A stretch of DNA of 64,000 nucleotides from an uncultured Desulfospira sp. (GCA_963663165.1 OY760175.1:3904001-3968000); one strand, 5' to 3'. Positions 29,148 to 38,921 are shown, counted from the first letter of the stretch. Program-made: numbers and translations. The notes: generated by a model from the letters alone, not told the origin.

Positions 29148-30956
29148 CTACCCGAACGCCTCGTCGGATATTTCCATGGCCGCCGCATCAGCCGCCTGGA
29201 TGGTCTCCATTTTGCCCCGGGAAACCGGCAGCACCGTGTTGATGAAAAACTGGGCGCTTTTCACCAGGCCTTCATAAAAGGCAATGTCTTTTTTCTTTGC
29301 CTTGCCCCCAAGTTTTTCAGTGGCAATAACAGCCCGCCAGAGCAGCATCCAGGCCATGAGGGTGTCTCCGGTAACATCCAGGAAGGGCCGGGCATAGGCA
29401 AAGGCGGTGATCATGTTGTCCGTGCCCAGATCTGTGCCCAGTTTCCGGGCGGTTTCCAGAAGCTTAGTCAGGGTCATGTCCAGGTTCTCGGCCAGGGGTG
29501 ACAGCCCCGCATCTTTCTGGGCCTCTTCAATGGTTCCCTGGACTTTGGCCACCAGGTCCATGAAGGCCTTGCCCTTGTTTAAGCCCAGCTTGCGGCCCAG
29601 AAGATCCATGGCCTGAATGCCGTTGGTGCCCTCATAAATCTGGGTGATTTTAACATCCCTGAGCAGCTGCTCCTGGGGGTATTCTTTGGTAAATCCGTAG
29701 CCGCCGAAAACCTCAAGGCCAAGGCCGCACAGCTCAAAGGCCCGGTCCGTGATATACCCTTTGGCCACCGGGATCAGCACGTCAATAATCCCCTGGCAAA
29801 GGGCTTTTTCCTCGTCGGTTGCGGCGGTCTTGATACAGTCTTCCATGAACCCCACGTAAAAGAGAATGGAGCGCATGCCTTCGGAATAGGATTTCATGGT
29901 CAGCAGTATCCGCCGGATGTCCGGGTGCTGGATAATGGGAACGCTTGGGGAGTCTTTGGCTGCGCCCAGGGCTTTTCCCTGGACCCTTTCCCGGGCATAG
30001 TTCAGGGCGTTGAGATAGGAGGCCGACACGCAGGCAAACCCCTGCATGCCCACATGAAGGCGGGCTTCATTCATCATGACAAACATGGCGCTCATGCCCT
30101 TGTTTTCCCTTCCCAGCAGGGTGCCCCGGCAGTTCCCCTTGCTTCCCAGGGACAAAGAGCAGGTGGGGGAACCGTGAATGCCCATTTTTTCCTCAATGCC
30201 GGTGCAGACCACATCGTTGAACTCTCCCATGGAGCCGTCGTCGTTGACCCAGTATTTGGGCACCAGGAACAGGGAGATCCCGGCCGTGCCCTCAGGCGCC
30301 CCTTCAATCCGGGCCAGAACCGGGTGGATGATGTTCTCTACCAGGTCGTTCTCCCCGGAGGAGATAAAGATCTTGTTGCCGGTGATGGAATAAGTGCCGT
30401 CATCGTTTTTGACCGCCTTGGTGGTCAACGCCCCCACGTCAGAGCCGGCATCGGGTTCGGTCAGGAGCATGGAGCCGCCCCACTTGCCCGTGTACATGTT
30501 TTTTAAGAATAATTTTTTCTGCTGGTCGGTACCGAATTTTTCCACCAGTTTGCCGGCCCCGTGGATCAGGATGCTGTGGAGCATAAACGGATAGTTGGAC
30601 CCGTTAAAATAGTTATTGGCCGCCAGGGCCACGGTGGCTGGCATGCCCTGTCCGCCCCATTGGGGGTCATCACACATGGCAATCCATTCGCCTTCTCTGA
30701 ACAGCTTGTTCAGGTCGTGGAACACCCCGGGCACCTTGACCTGCCCATTGGTAAAGGTACATCCCTCTTCGTCAGCCTCTTTCATGCAGGGGAGCATCTC
30801 TTTTAAGGCCAAATTCCGGGCCTCGGAAACCACCATGTCGATGGTTTTTTTGTTGAAATCCTCAAATGCCTCGTGTTCGCTGAACTGGGCCACGTTTAAC
30901 TGTTCGTGGAGGACAAAGTCGATGTCCCTTCTGTCTGCCACTTGTTGTTGAGCCAT
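29148..30956 (-). CDS. Acyl-CoA dehydrogenase (~600-aa type)
   Basis: LTEPDAGSDVG, GNKIFIS, IEEKMGIHGSPT, FGGYGF, IYEGTNGIQ; AAGGAG RBS. Confidence 0.95.
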   Translation of the reverse strand: MAQQQVADRRDIDFVLHEQLNVAQFSEHEAFEDFNKKTIDMVVSEARNLALKEMLPCMKEADEEGCTFTNGQVKVPGVFHDLNKLFREGEWIAMCDDPQWGGQGMPATVALAANNYFNGSNYPFMLHSILIHGAGKLVEKFGTDQQKKLFLKNMYTGKWGGSMLLTEPDAGSDVGALTTKAVKNDDGTYSITGNKIFISSGENDLVENIIHPVLARIEGAPEGTAGISLFLVPKYWVNDDGSMGEFNDVVCTGIEEKMGIHGSPTCSLSLGSKGNCRGTLLGRENKGMSAMFVMMNEARLHVGMQGFACVSASYLNALNYARERVQGKALGAAKDSPSVPIIQHPDIRRILLTMKSYSEGMRSILFYVGFMEDCIKTAATDEEKALCQGIIDVLIPVAKGYITDRAFELCGLGLEVFGGYGFTKEYPQEQLLRDVKITQIYEGTNGIQAMDLLGRKLGLNKGKAFMDLVAKVQGTIEEAQKDAGLSPLAENLDMTLTKLLETARKLGTDLGTDNMITAFAYARPFLDVTGDTLMAWMLLWRAVIATEKLGGKAKKKDIAFYEGLVKSAQFFINTVLPVSRGKMETIQAADAAAMEISDEAFG

Positions 30957-30975
30957 GATTTTCTCCTTTTTGTCA

Positions 30976-31118
30976 GTGTTTGAACGAAAAGTCACCCATC
31001 TGCTGCGTTGCAGAAAAATTTGCAATCCTCACAACCCCAAGGTTGCTCCGGTTACAAATTTTTCTGCGCCTTGCATCTGGGCAACCTTTCGTCCAAACAC
31101 GGGGTTTCTTTCAGGAAC
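30976..31118. repeat. Family-B ERIC-like element, full copy
   Basis: GTGTTTGAACGAAAAGT...CCTTTCGTCCAAACAC inverted ends with a nested palindrome and CTCACAACC-GGTTGCTCC core. Confidence 0.8.
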
Positions 31119-31177
31119 TGGTTAGACTGTCAGGCTTACAGGGCTGACTTCAGTCTTCAGCCTTCAGTCTATCCACC

Positions 31178-32035
31178 TTATTTTGTATAATCGTAAAAAC
31201 CCTTGCCGCTTTTTCGCCCGTAATATCCGGCCCTGACCATCTTTCTGAGCAGGGGGGCGGGCCGGTACTTGTCTTCGCCAAGCTCCTTGTGGAACCCGTC
31301 CAGAACCAGGAGAATGGTGTCCAGGCCCACCATGTCGGCCAAGGCCAACGGCCCGATGGGATGGTTGGCGCCAAGGGTCATGCCCTTGTCAATGTCTTCG
31401 GCACTGGCAATGCCCTCGGCCAGGACAAAAATGGCTTCGTTGATCATGGGGCACAGAATCCGGTTCACGGCAAACCCCGGGGCTTCCTGAACTTCAATGG
31501 CGGTTTTCCCCAGTTTTTCCACAAAGTCCTTTGCAATGTTCAGGGTATCGTCACTGGTGGTGAACCCTCTGATGAGCTCCACGAGTTTCATCACCGGAAC
31601 GGGATTGAAAAAGTGCATGCCGATGAACTTGTCCGGCCGTGTGGTCACGCTGCCCATCTCCGTAATGGAAAGGCCCGAGGTGTTGGAGGCAATGAGGGTC
31701 TGGGAGGGGCAGATGTTGTCCAGTTCCGTGAACACCTGTTTTTTGATGTCCATGATCTCAATAATGGCTTCAATGACCAGGTCTGCATCCTGGGCGGCAA
31801 GGGTCAGGTCCGTGGTTCCCGTGATCCGCCCCAGGACGGCATCAGCCTTTTCCTGGTCCATCTTTCCTTTGGATACCGCCCTTGCAAGGTTGGTTTTAAT
31901 GGTGGTCAGGCCGTTTTCAACAAACCGGTCTTCCATGTCCCGGATGCTGACGGTAAAACCGGCCTGGGCCGCTGACTGGGCGATTCCGGCACCCATGATC
32001 CCGGCGCCCAGTACGGTGATTTTTTTAATTTCCAT
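31178..32035 (-). CDS. hbd: 3-hydroxybutyryl-CoA dehydrogenase
   Basis: [50 protein letters not shown]. Confidence 0.95.
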   Translation of the reverse strand: MEIKKITVLGAGIMGAGIAQSAAQAGFTVSIRDMEDRFVENGLTTIKTNLARAVSKGKMDQEKADAVLGRITGTTDLTLAAQDADLVIEAIIEIMDIKKQVFTELDNICPSQTLIASNTSGLSITEMGSVTTRPDKFIGMHFFNPVPVMKLVELIRGFTTSDDTLNIAKDFVEKLGKTAIEVQEAPGFAVNRILCPMINEAIFVLAEGIASAEDIDKGMTLGANHPIGPLALADMVGLDTILLVLDGFHKELGEDKYRPAPLLRKMVRAGYYGRKSGKGFYDYTK

Positions 32036-32125
32036 GGCGATCTCCTTTTGGCTGTTAGCTGTTAGCTTTTAGCCATTAGCTGTTGGTATTTAGGTGTAAC
32101 GGTTGTTGGGGTTTCAAAATTATTT

Positions 32126-32141
32126 AGCATAAACCATGCCG
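32126..32141 (-). promoter_or_regulatory. Sigma-54 promoter of hbd-acd-thl
   Basis: Minus strand CGGCATGGTTTATGCT = GG-N10-GC; a divergent sigma-54 activator gene is adjacent. Confidence 0.7.
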
Positions 32142-32359
32142 GAAAGTATATTGATTTTATTTCAAATAGTTACAAGAAGATCCATTTTAACCTCCAAAAA
32201 AATTCTGCACCATGGCAAAGAAAAAACTATGCTATTTTACAGAATTTATGATAACTGGAACATGGGACAGTTGTCGGGAGGGCAACAGGAAATCGGCGTA
32301 AAAGCGTTGCCCGCCATTGCATGCCAATTGCCAACAGCCAAAGACTGAAAGCCAGCCAA

Positions 32360-33982
32360 ATGCCACAGCCCCAAATCACCGGAAAAAAACCGGACGAACC
32401 CTGGGTGGATGAAAAAGACTTTTTCAGGGAAGCCACCTTGAAACTTTGCTCCACCCTGGATGTGGAGCGGGCCCTGTTTCAATGCCTGACCTATGTGAGC
32501 CGGTATGTGCCGGCCGGGCACATGGGATTTCACGTATATGACCCGGATACCGGCATCGTGGACACCATTGCCTATGCCAGGCCCGACGGGTATGCGGCGG
32601 TTTCCGTAAAGATCCCCATATCCGGACGGGGAAGAAAACAGGTGGCAAGACAGCGCCTGGCCCGGGTCCGGGTCATTGACCGCCTAGGGGATGATCCCGT
32701 GGCAGGCCCTGTGGCCGATTATCTTGATTCCTCGGACCTGTCCGCCGTTGTCATGGACCTGGTTCTGGAAAAGACCATGCTCGGGATTTTCAGCGTATTC
32801 AACAACGGCCGGGAAAAATTCTCCTCCCGCCATGTCCATCTGCTCAGCCTCCTGGTCAAGCCCTGCGCCATTGCCCTGACCAACAGCTTAAGGTTCAGGG
32901 AACTTAAAAACTTAAAAGAGCTGCTGGCCGACGACAACCGGTACTTTCAGGATGAATTGAACCGGATCTCCGGGGAAAAAGTCATCGGGACGGGCCAGGG
33001 CCTTAAAGGGGTCATGGATATGGTCCACCAGGTCTCCCCTTTGGAAAGCCCGGTGCTGCTGCTCGGAGAGACCGGTACCGGCAAGGAGGTCATTGCCAAT
33101 GCCATCCATAACCTGTCTTTGCGAAAAGACGGCCCCTTTATCCGGGTCAACTGCGGGGCCATCGCCCCGTCCCTTCTGGACAGTGAATTGTTCGGATATG
33201 AAAAAGGGGCCTTTACCGGGGCCGTGTCCCGGAAAAGGGGGCGCATTGAACGGGCCCAGGGCGGCACCCTGTTTTTAGATGAAATCGGGGAGCTGACATC
33301 AGACGCCCAGATCCGGCTGCTCAGGGTTCTTCAGGAAAAGGAGATCGACCGGGTGGGCGGGGCTGAGACCGTAAAGGTGAACATCCGGATCATTGCCGCC
33401 ACCCACCGGAATCTTGAGAAGATGATGTCCGAAGAAAAATTTCGGCCGGACCTGTTTTTCAGACTCAGGGTCTTTCCCATCTCCATTCCCCCGTTGCGGC
33501 AAAGAAAGGCCGATATCCCGGACCTGGTCCGCCACTTTATCATGAAAAAATCCAGGGAGATGAAGCGGCACAACATCCCCACCCCCTCTTCCGAAGCCAT
33601 GGCGCGCCTGATGACCTACCACTGGCCGGGCAATATCCGGGAGCTTGAAAATGCCGTGGAGCGCTCTCTGATCCTGGACCGGGGAGATACCCTCTATTTT
33701 AAAGAAATCGCTAATTCGGGGGCTGATAATTCGGGGGACACTTTACTTAATTGCGCGCAATTAAGTAAAGTGTCCCCCGAATTATCCCCTGAATTAGCGA
33801 AAATGCCGCAAAACCTTGAGCTGGACCGGGTCATGTCTGACCATATCATAAAAATCCTTGACCTTTGCGGCGGCCGGGTGGAAGGGGAAAAAGGGGCGGC
33901 CCGGATATTGAACATCAACCCGTCCACCCTGCGAAAGCGGATGAAAAAGCTGAACATCCCCTTTGGCCGGAGTACCGGTTGA
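32360..33982 (+). CDS. Sigma-54-dependent transcriptional activator (GAF-like + AAA+ + Fis HTH)
   Basis: GETGTGKE, ELFGYEKGAFTGA, FLDEIGEL, WPGNIRELEN, AARILNINPSTLRKRM; start uncertain (32321 or 32360). Confidence 0.93.
   Translation: MPQPQITGKKPDEPWVDEKDFFREATLKLCSTLDVERALFQCLTYVSRYVPAGHMGFHVYDPDTGIVDTIAYARPDGYAAVSVKIPISGRGRKQVARQRLARVRVIDRLGDDPVAGPVADYLDSSDLSAVVMDLVLEKTMLGIFSVFNNGREKFSSRHVHLLSLLVKPCAIALTNSLRFRELKNLKELLADDNRYFQDELNRISGEKVIGTGQGLKGVMDMVHQVSPLESPVLLLGETGTGKEVIANAIHNLSLRKDGPFIRVNCGAIAPSLLDSELFGYEKGAFTGAVSRKRGRIERAQGGTLFLDEIGELTSDAQIRLLRVLQEKEIDRVGGAETVKVNIRIIAATHRNLEKMMSEEKFRPDLFFRLRVFPISIPPLRQRKADIPDLVRHFIMKKSREMKRHNIPTPSSEAMARLMTYHWPGNIRELENAVERSLILDRGDTLYFKEIANSGADNSGDTLLNCAQLSKVSPELSPELAKMPQNLELDRVMSDHIIKILDLCGGRVEGEKGAARILNINPSTLRKRMKKLNIPFGRSTG
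33708..33800. repeat. In-frame palindromic insert (perfect 62-bp core at 33725-33786)
   Basis: GATAATTCGGGGGACACTTTACTTAATTGCG|CGCAATTAAGTAAAGTGTCCCCCGAATTATC. Confidence 0.9.
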
Positions 33983-34109
33983 GCCGGGTGACTCTCAGGC
34001 AAACGCATCTTGTATTTTCCCGGCATTAACGTTATTAGCTACTAGCAAGCCAGGTCAGCCTGACGGCATGTCCTAACGGCTGACCGACAACAGTTTTAAC
34101 GGAGATCAA

Positions 34110-35360
34110 ATGACCAGACATACCATGCACTTTGACACCCGGGCCATTCACCATGGGTTAAAAGACAATGAATTTAACGGGGCCACCCTTCCCCCCATTT
34201 ACCAGACTGCGGCCCATTACCATGACACCGCCCAGGATTTAAGCCGGACCTTTGCCGGAGAAACCGGCGATCATATCTATATGCGGCTGACCAACCCCAC
34301 CAACCAGTTTTTAGAAGACAAGCTGTGCGCCCTGGAGTCAGGCAAAAAAGCCATTCTGACCTCATCGGGCATGGCCGCCATCAACAACGCCTGCATGACC
34401 CTGCTTCGGGCTGGAGACGAACTGGTGGCCTCCAAATCCCTTTTCATGTCCACCTTTGGGCTGTTCACCCATATTTACGGCAGATACGGCATCAAGGCCG
34501 TGTTTGCCGACCCCATGAACCCTGGAGAGATTGGCGCCGCCATTACGGATAAAACCCGGTTTGTCTATCTGGAGACCATTACCAATCCGGGCATGGAGGT
34601 GGCGGATATCCAAAAGGTGGCCGATGTAGCCCATGCCAAAGGGGTGCCCCTGCTCATCGACAATACCCTGGCTTCGCCCTGGCTGTGCCGGCCCATTGAA
34701 CTCGGGGCCGATATCGTGCTTCACTCCACCACCAAATACCTGTCCGGCCATGGGGGATCCCTGGGAGGGCTGATCGTGGACGGGGGAAATTTTGACTGGT
34801 CACAAGGACGATTTGAGGATTTTTCTCCTGCCTTTAAAAAGAAAAAGAACCTGGCCTTTATCCATAAAGTATGGCAGGAAGCCCAGGTCAACTTCGGCAC
34901 CACCCCGGCGCCCTTTCATTCGTTTTTGACGGCCGTGGGGCTGAACACCTTAGGGGTCAGGATGGAACGGCATATGGAAAACGCCATGAAGACCGCCGCT
35001 TTTCTAAAGGACCACCCCAAGGTGACATGGGTCAACTTTCCAGGATTTGAAGACCACCCCAGCCATGACACCGCCAAGGCCCAGTTCAAGGACCGGGGCT
35101 TTGGGACCATGCTGACCTTTGGGCTGGAAAACGAGACCGCCTGCTTTAAATTCATTGACCGGCTGTCCATGATCCTTAATCTGGCCAACCTGGGAGACTG
35201 TAAAACATTGATCATCCATCCCTGGTCCACCCAGTACGTCAACTTTTCGGCTAAGGAGCGCGAGCAGCTGGCCGATCCCTGTCTGCTGCGGCTGTCCGTG
35301 GGCATTGAGCATATTGACGATATCTGCGCCGATCTGGACCAGGCCCTTTCAGAGGGATAA
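34110..35360 (+). CDS. metY: O-acetylhomoserine aminocarboxypropyltransferase (sulfhydrylase)
   Basis: PPIYQT, YMRLTNPT, SSGMAAI, HSTTKYLSGHG PLP lysine, LANLGD, RLSVGIE. Confidence 0.88.
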   Translation: MTRHTMHFDTRAIHHGLKDNEFNGATLPPIYQTAAHYHDTAQDLSRTFAGETGDHIYMRLTNPTNQFLEDKLCALESGKKAILTSSGMAAINNACMTLLRAGDELVASKSLFMSTFGLFTHIYGRYGIKAVFADPMNPGEIGAAITDKTRFVYLETITNPGMEVADIQKVADVAHAKGVPLLIDNTLASPWLCRPIELGADIVLHSTTKYLSGHGGSLGGLIVDGGNFDWSQGRFEDFSPAFKKKKNLAFIHKVWQEAQVNFGTTPAPFHSFLTAVGLNTLGVRMERHMENAMKTAAFLKDHPKVTWVNFPGFEDHPSHDTAKAQFKDRGFGTMLTFGLENETACFKFIDRLSMILNLANLGDCKTLIIHPWSTQYVNFSAKEREQLADPCLLRLSVGIEHIDDICADLDQALSEG

Positions 35361-35365
35361 CCATT

Positions 35366-36532
35366 ATGAGCGAGTACGTTGAACACGACCAGACCGGGGC
35401 TACGGTAGGGCTGGTTGAAAAAAAATATCTGACCTTTGCCGACCCGCCGGACCGGTTTAAACTTGAAAGCGGGTCAGATATCGGGCCGGTCACCCTGGCC
35501 TATGAAACCTGCGGCACCTTAAATGAGGATAAGTCCAATGCCGTTCTGATTTTCCATGCCCTGACCGGGGACTCCCATGTGGCCGGGTATTACAACCCCA
35601 AAGACCCCAAGCCGGGCTGGTGGGACATCATGGTGGGACCGGGAAAGGGCATTGATACGGATTCCTGGTTTGTCATCTGCTGCAATATCCTGGGCTCCTG
35701 CATGGGCACCACAGGGCCGTCCTCCACAAATCCGGACACCGGTAACGCCTACGGTACCGACTTTCCTTTGATCACCATCGGGGATATGGTTAAAGCCCAA
35801 AAACAGCTCCTGGATCACCTGGGGATTGAAAAACTGGCCGCCGTGGTGGGGGGCTCCGTAGGGGGAATGCAGGTTTTGGAATGGTGCATCCGGTACCCGG
35901 AAACCACGGCCTGCGCCGTGGTCCTGGCCTCCACCTGCCGCCATTCAGCCCTGTCCATTGCCTTTAACGAGGTGGCCCGGCAGTCCATCATGGCCGATCC
36001 CAACTGGCAGGAAGGGCATTATTACGGCGGCAAGAAGCCGGACATGGGCCTTGCCATTGCCCGGATGATCGGCCACATCACTTATCTGTCCGATGAGTCC
36101 ATGCGCCTTAAATTCGGCAGAAAACTTCAGAACCGGAGCGCCTTGAGCTTTGAATTTGGGGCGGAATTCCAGGTGGAATCCTATCTTCAACACCAGGGCC
36201 GGGCATTCATCGAACGGTTTGATGCCAACTCCTTTTTGTACATTACCAAGGCGGCCGACTATTTTGACCTGGCCCGGGACCACGGCAAAGGCTCCCTGGT
36301 CAAGGCCTTTTCAAAGGCCAAAGCCCGATTCCTGGTGGTCTCCTATACTTCGGACTGGCTGTATCCCACCTACCAGTCAAAGGAGATGGTGACCGCCATG
36401 AAGAAAAATGATCTGGATATCAGCTTCTGCGAGATTGACGCCCAATGGGGCCATGACGCATTTTTGCTGCCCAATCCCAAGCTGGATGGTTTGATGAGGG
36501 GATTTCTTGGAAGGATGAGGGATGAAGGATGA
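35366..36532 (+). CDS. metX: Homoserine O-acetyltransferase
   Basis: HALTGDSH, GGSVGGMQ, ARMIGHITYLS, RFDANS, GHDAFLL. Confidence 0.95.
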   Translation: MSEYVEHDQTGATVGLVEKKYLTFADPPDRFKLESGSDIGPVTLAYETCGTLNEDKSNAVLIFHALTGDSHVAGYYNPKDPKPGWWDIMVGPGKGIDTDSWFVICCNILGSCMGTTGPSSTNPDTGNAYGTDFPLITIGDMVKAQKQLLDHLGIEKLAAVVGGSVGGMQVLEWCIRYPETTACAVVLASTCRHSALSIAFNEVARQSIMADPNWQEGHYYGGKKPDMGLAIARMIGHITYLSDESMRLKFGRKLQNRSALSFEFGAEFQVESYLQHQGRAFIERFDANSFLYITKAADYFDLARDHGKGSLVKAFSKAKARFLVVSYTSDWLYPTYQSKEMVTAMKKNDLDISFCEIDAQWGHDAFLLPNPKLDGLMRGFLGRMRDEG

Positions 36533-37185
36533 AAAGGGACGATGTAAGTTTGAGTATGGAAAATTCAACTTGCCGGGAAGGGTCGGGCTTAAGATATGAC
36601 CTTCAGATTATTGCCTCATGGATCAAGCCGGAAAGCCGGGTGCTGTGCCTGGGGTGCGGTGAAGGGGAGATTCTGCACTATCTGAAAACCCAAAAACAGG
36701 TGATCGAGCGGGGCATTGAAATTGAAGAATCCAAGGTCATGTGCTGTATTGGCAAGGGGATTTCCGTTCTTCAGGGAGATATCAATGAGGAAATCCAGGA
36801 TTATCCGGACCAGGCCTTTGACTATGCCATCTGCTCCCAGACCCTTCAGCAGGTTTATGACCCCGCCACCCTGATCCAGGCCATGCTCCGGGTGGCAAAA
36901 ACGGGGATCGTCAGTTTTCCCAACTTCGGCCACTACAAGGTCAGGGCACAGCTTGCCTTTACCGGGTGCGCCCCGGTCACCCGGGAGCTGCCCTATGAAT
37001 GGCATAATACCCCCAATATAAGGGTGTTAAGCCTCACCGATTTCAAGCATTTTGCCCGAAAGGGAGGCTTTCGAATTTTAAAACGCGCGGCCATCAACAC
37101 CCGGGAACATCAGCGGGAAGGCCGGCAGGTAAAGTTTTTACCCAATCTCCTGGCCACTTACGGCATTTTTCTCATTGGAAAGTGA
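36529..37185 (+). CDS. metW: Methionine biosynthesis protein MetW
   Basis: LGCGEG, SQTLQQV, IVSFPNFGH, LPYEWHNTPNIR. Confidence 0.92.
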   Translation: MKRDDVSLSMENSTCREGSGLRYDLQIIASWIKPESRVLCLGCGEGEILHYLKTQKQVIERGIEIEESKVMCCIGKGISVLQGDINEEIQDYPDQAFDYAICSQTLQQVYDPATLIQAMLRVAKTGIVSFPNFGHYKVRAQLAFTGCAPVTRELPYEWHNTPNIRVLSLTDFKHFARKGGFRILKRAAINTREHQREGRQVKFLPNLLATYGIFLIGK

Positions 37186-37294
37186 GTATAGGTTGATAGG
37201 CTGAAGACCGAAGGCTAAAGGGGGGATCGTTGAGGCAAGGTTGAAACCTTCAGCCTAAACCCCTTCAGTCTAAATCCCTGATGAGGAGCATCAA

Positions 37295-38116
37295 ATGACA
37301 GATTATAAATTCTATGAAGTTCAAAAAAAGCCGCCCATTGCCTGGGTCTACCTGAACCGCCCCAAAAAAAACAATGCCATGCATCCCCCGGCATGGAAGG
37401 AGAGCATCCCCATTTTCCAGGACCTGGACCGGGACCCGGAAATCCGGGCCGTGGTGCTGGCCGGCAAAGGAAACTGCTTTTCTGCCGGAATTGATCTGGC
37501 CGGCATGGTCCCGGAGCTGCCAGAACTCATGGACCCCGGGCAAAAAGGCGGAACCAAATGGAAACTGATTGAAAAGATCAAACACCTTCAAGAAGCCATC
37601 ACCTGTATCGAAAAATGCCAAAAACCTGTGATTGCCGCCGTCCACGGCCACTGTATCGGCGCAGGCCTTGATATGATCACGGCCTGTGATATCCGACTGT
37701 GCGCCAAAGACGCCGGCTTTTCCTTGAAAGAGGCGGCCGTGGCCATTGTGGCCGATGTGGGGGTATTGCAGCGCCTGCCCCTGATCGTGGGCCAGGGCAT
37801 CACCCGGGAGATGGCCTTTACCGCCAAAACCATTGATGCGAAACGGGCCAGGGAAATCCTTCTGGTCAACCAGGTGTTTGAAGACCGGGAAGCCCTGTTC
37901 AAAGGGGCGCAAGACATGGCCCTGGAAATTGCAGCCAACGCCCCCATGGCAGTTCAGGCCTCCAAAAATGTCTTAAATTACGGGGTGGGCAAAAGCGTGG
38001 AAGACGGGCTCAATTACGTGGCATCCATCAGTTCCAACATCATCACCTCCAATGACCTCATGGAAGCCATGACCGCATTCATGGAAAAGCGGCCCCCCAA
38101 GTTCACCGGGTCCTGA
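37295..38116 (+). CDS. Enoyl-CoA hydratase/isomerase (crotonase family, dienoyl-CoA isomerase-like)
   Basis: LNRPKKNNAM, FSAGIDL, HGHCIGAGLDMITACDIR, ADVGVLQRL. Confidence 0.92.
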   Translation: MTDYKFYEVQKKPPIAWVYLNRPKKNNAMHPPAWKESIPIFQDLDRDPEIRAVVLAGKGNCFSAGIDLAGMVPELPELMDPGQKGGTKWKLIEKIKHLQEAITCIEKCQKPVIAAVHGHCIGAGLDMITACDIRLCAKDAGFSLKEAAVAIVADVGVLQRLPLIVGQGITREMAFTAKTIDAKRAREILLVNQVFEDREALFKGAQDMALEIAANAPMAVQASKNVLNYGVGKSVEDGLNYVASISSNIITSNDLMEAMTAFMEKRPPKFTGS

Positions 38117-38126
38117 TCAGGATGTG
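37685..38126 (+). repeat. Direct repeat copy 1 (~442 bp, 3' half of the crotonase gene)
   Basis: Near-identical to 39020-39462 at an offset of 1335-1336 bp. Confidence 0.92.
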
Positions 38127-38254
38127 GGTCAAAAGAGGGTCAGGCTTGACATCTTGACATTCACTCAAGCGGCTTGAAGGCCTAAAAAATTTGACTCCAA
38201 CCAATCTCCAGCAAGCTTTCCGGGCTGAATAGTTACAGTGGAGTCTCTATTTTT

Positions 38255-38653
38255 CTACTCTTTTGTCCAGTTATCAACGGCCAGTCCTGGAATCTTTGAA
38301 TAGTGCTTTTCATTATTGGTCACGACCGTATAATTCATGGATAACGCCGTTGATCCAATCAGAAGATCAAAGTCGTCAACCCGAATCCCGTTCAAGGATA
38401 AATCTGCCTTTAGGTGGGCAAAGGTATCCATGATTGTCCGGTTCACTTCAATCACGGGAAATATATCGGACAGGGAATGAACTTTCCCAAGATTTTCAAT
38501 TTTTTTTTGGGATTTATAGGCACCGTACAGGAGTTCTCCAATACTGATAACTGAAATCGCCTTTGGCTCAGCGGCATATTGTTTAAAATTTTTGTTTACA
38601 GTCTCATTTCCTTTCAGAGAATAAATGAGAATGTCCGTATCAATCAAAAACAT
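38255..38653 (-). CDS. vapC: VapC PIN-domain toxin
   Basis: FLIDTDILI, ISIGELLYGA, DFDLLIGSTAL, VTNNEKHY. Confidence 0.92.
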   Translation of the reverse strand: MFLIDTDILIYSLKGNETVNKNFKQYAAEPKAISVISIGELLYGAYKSQKKIENLGKVHSLSDIFPVIEVNRTIMDTFAHLKADLSLNGIRVDDFDLLIGSTALSMNYTVVTNNEKHYSKIPGLAVDNWTKE

Positions 38654-38921
38654 GATGATCCTCTACAGCGTGAAACCTTCTGCTTGATCGCCGGTCCATT
38701 ATGTCTTCAATAATTTTTTCACAACTTTGATTGTCCTGCCAGGAACCGGATAATTTCAGAAATGCATCCGTCTGCTTTTGGGCTTTATTTACCGGTTCAG
38801 ACAAGTAATCCTTTAGAATCATTACCACCTGGCGGCTCAAGGTCCTGTTCTCTGATTCGGCCTTTAACTTCAGGGCCTGGTATAATTGGTCATCCATTGA
38901 CTTGATTTGCAGATTAGCCAT
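38640..38921 (-). CDS. vapB: FitA/VapB-like antitoxin (RHH)
   Basis: MANLQIKSMDDQLYQALKLKAESENRTLSRQV; overlaps the vapC start. Confidence 0.82.
   Translation of the reverse strand: MANLQIKSMDDQLYQALKLKAESENRTLSRQVVMILKDYLSEPVNKAQKQTDAFLKLSGSWQDNQSCEKIIEDIMDRRSSRRFHAVEDHHVFD

Noticed and set aside
28938..31025. Shared peptide MQIFxQRSRWVTFRSNT in ORFs 28938-29501 and 29148-31025
   Set aside because: It is the translation of the family-B repeat, not a protein domain; the real dehydrogenase start is 30956
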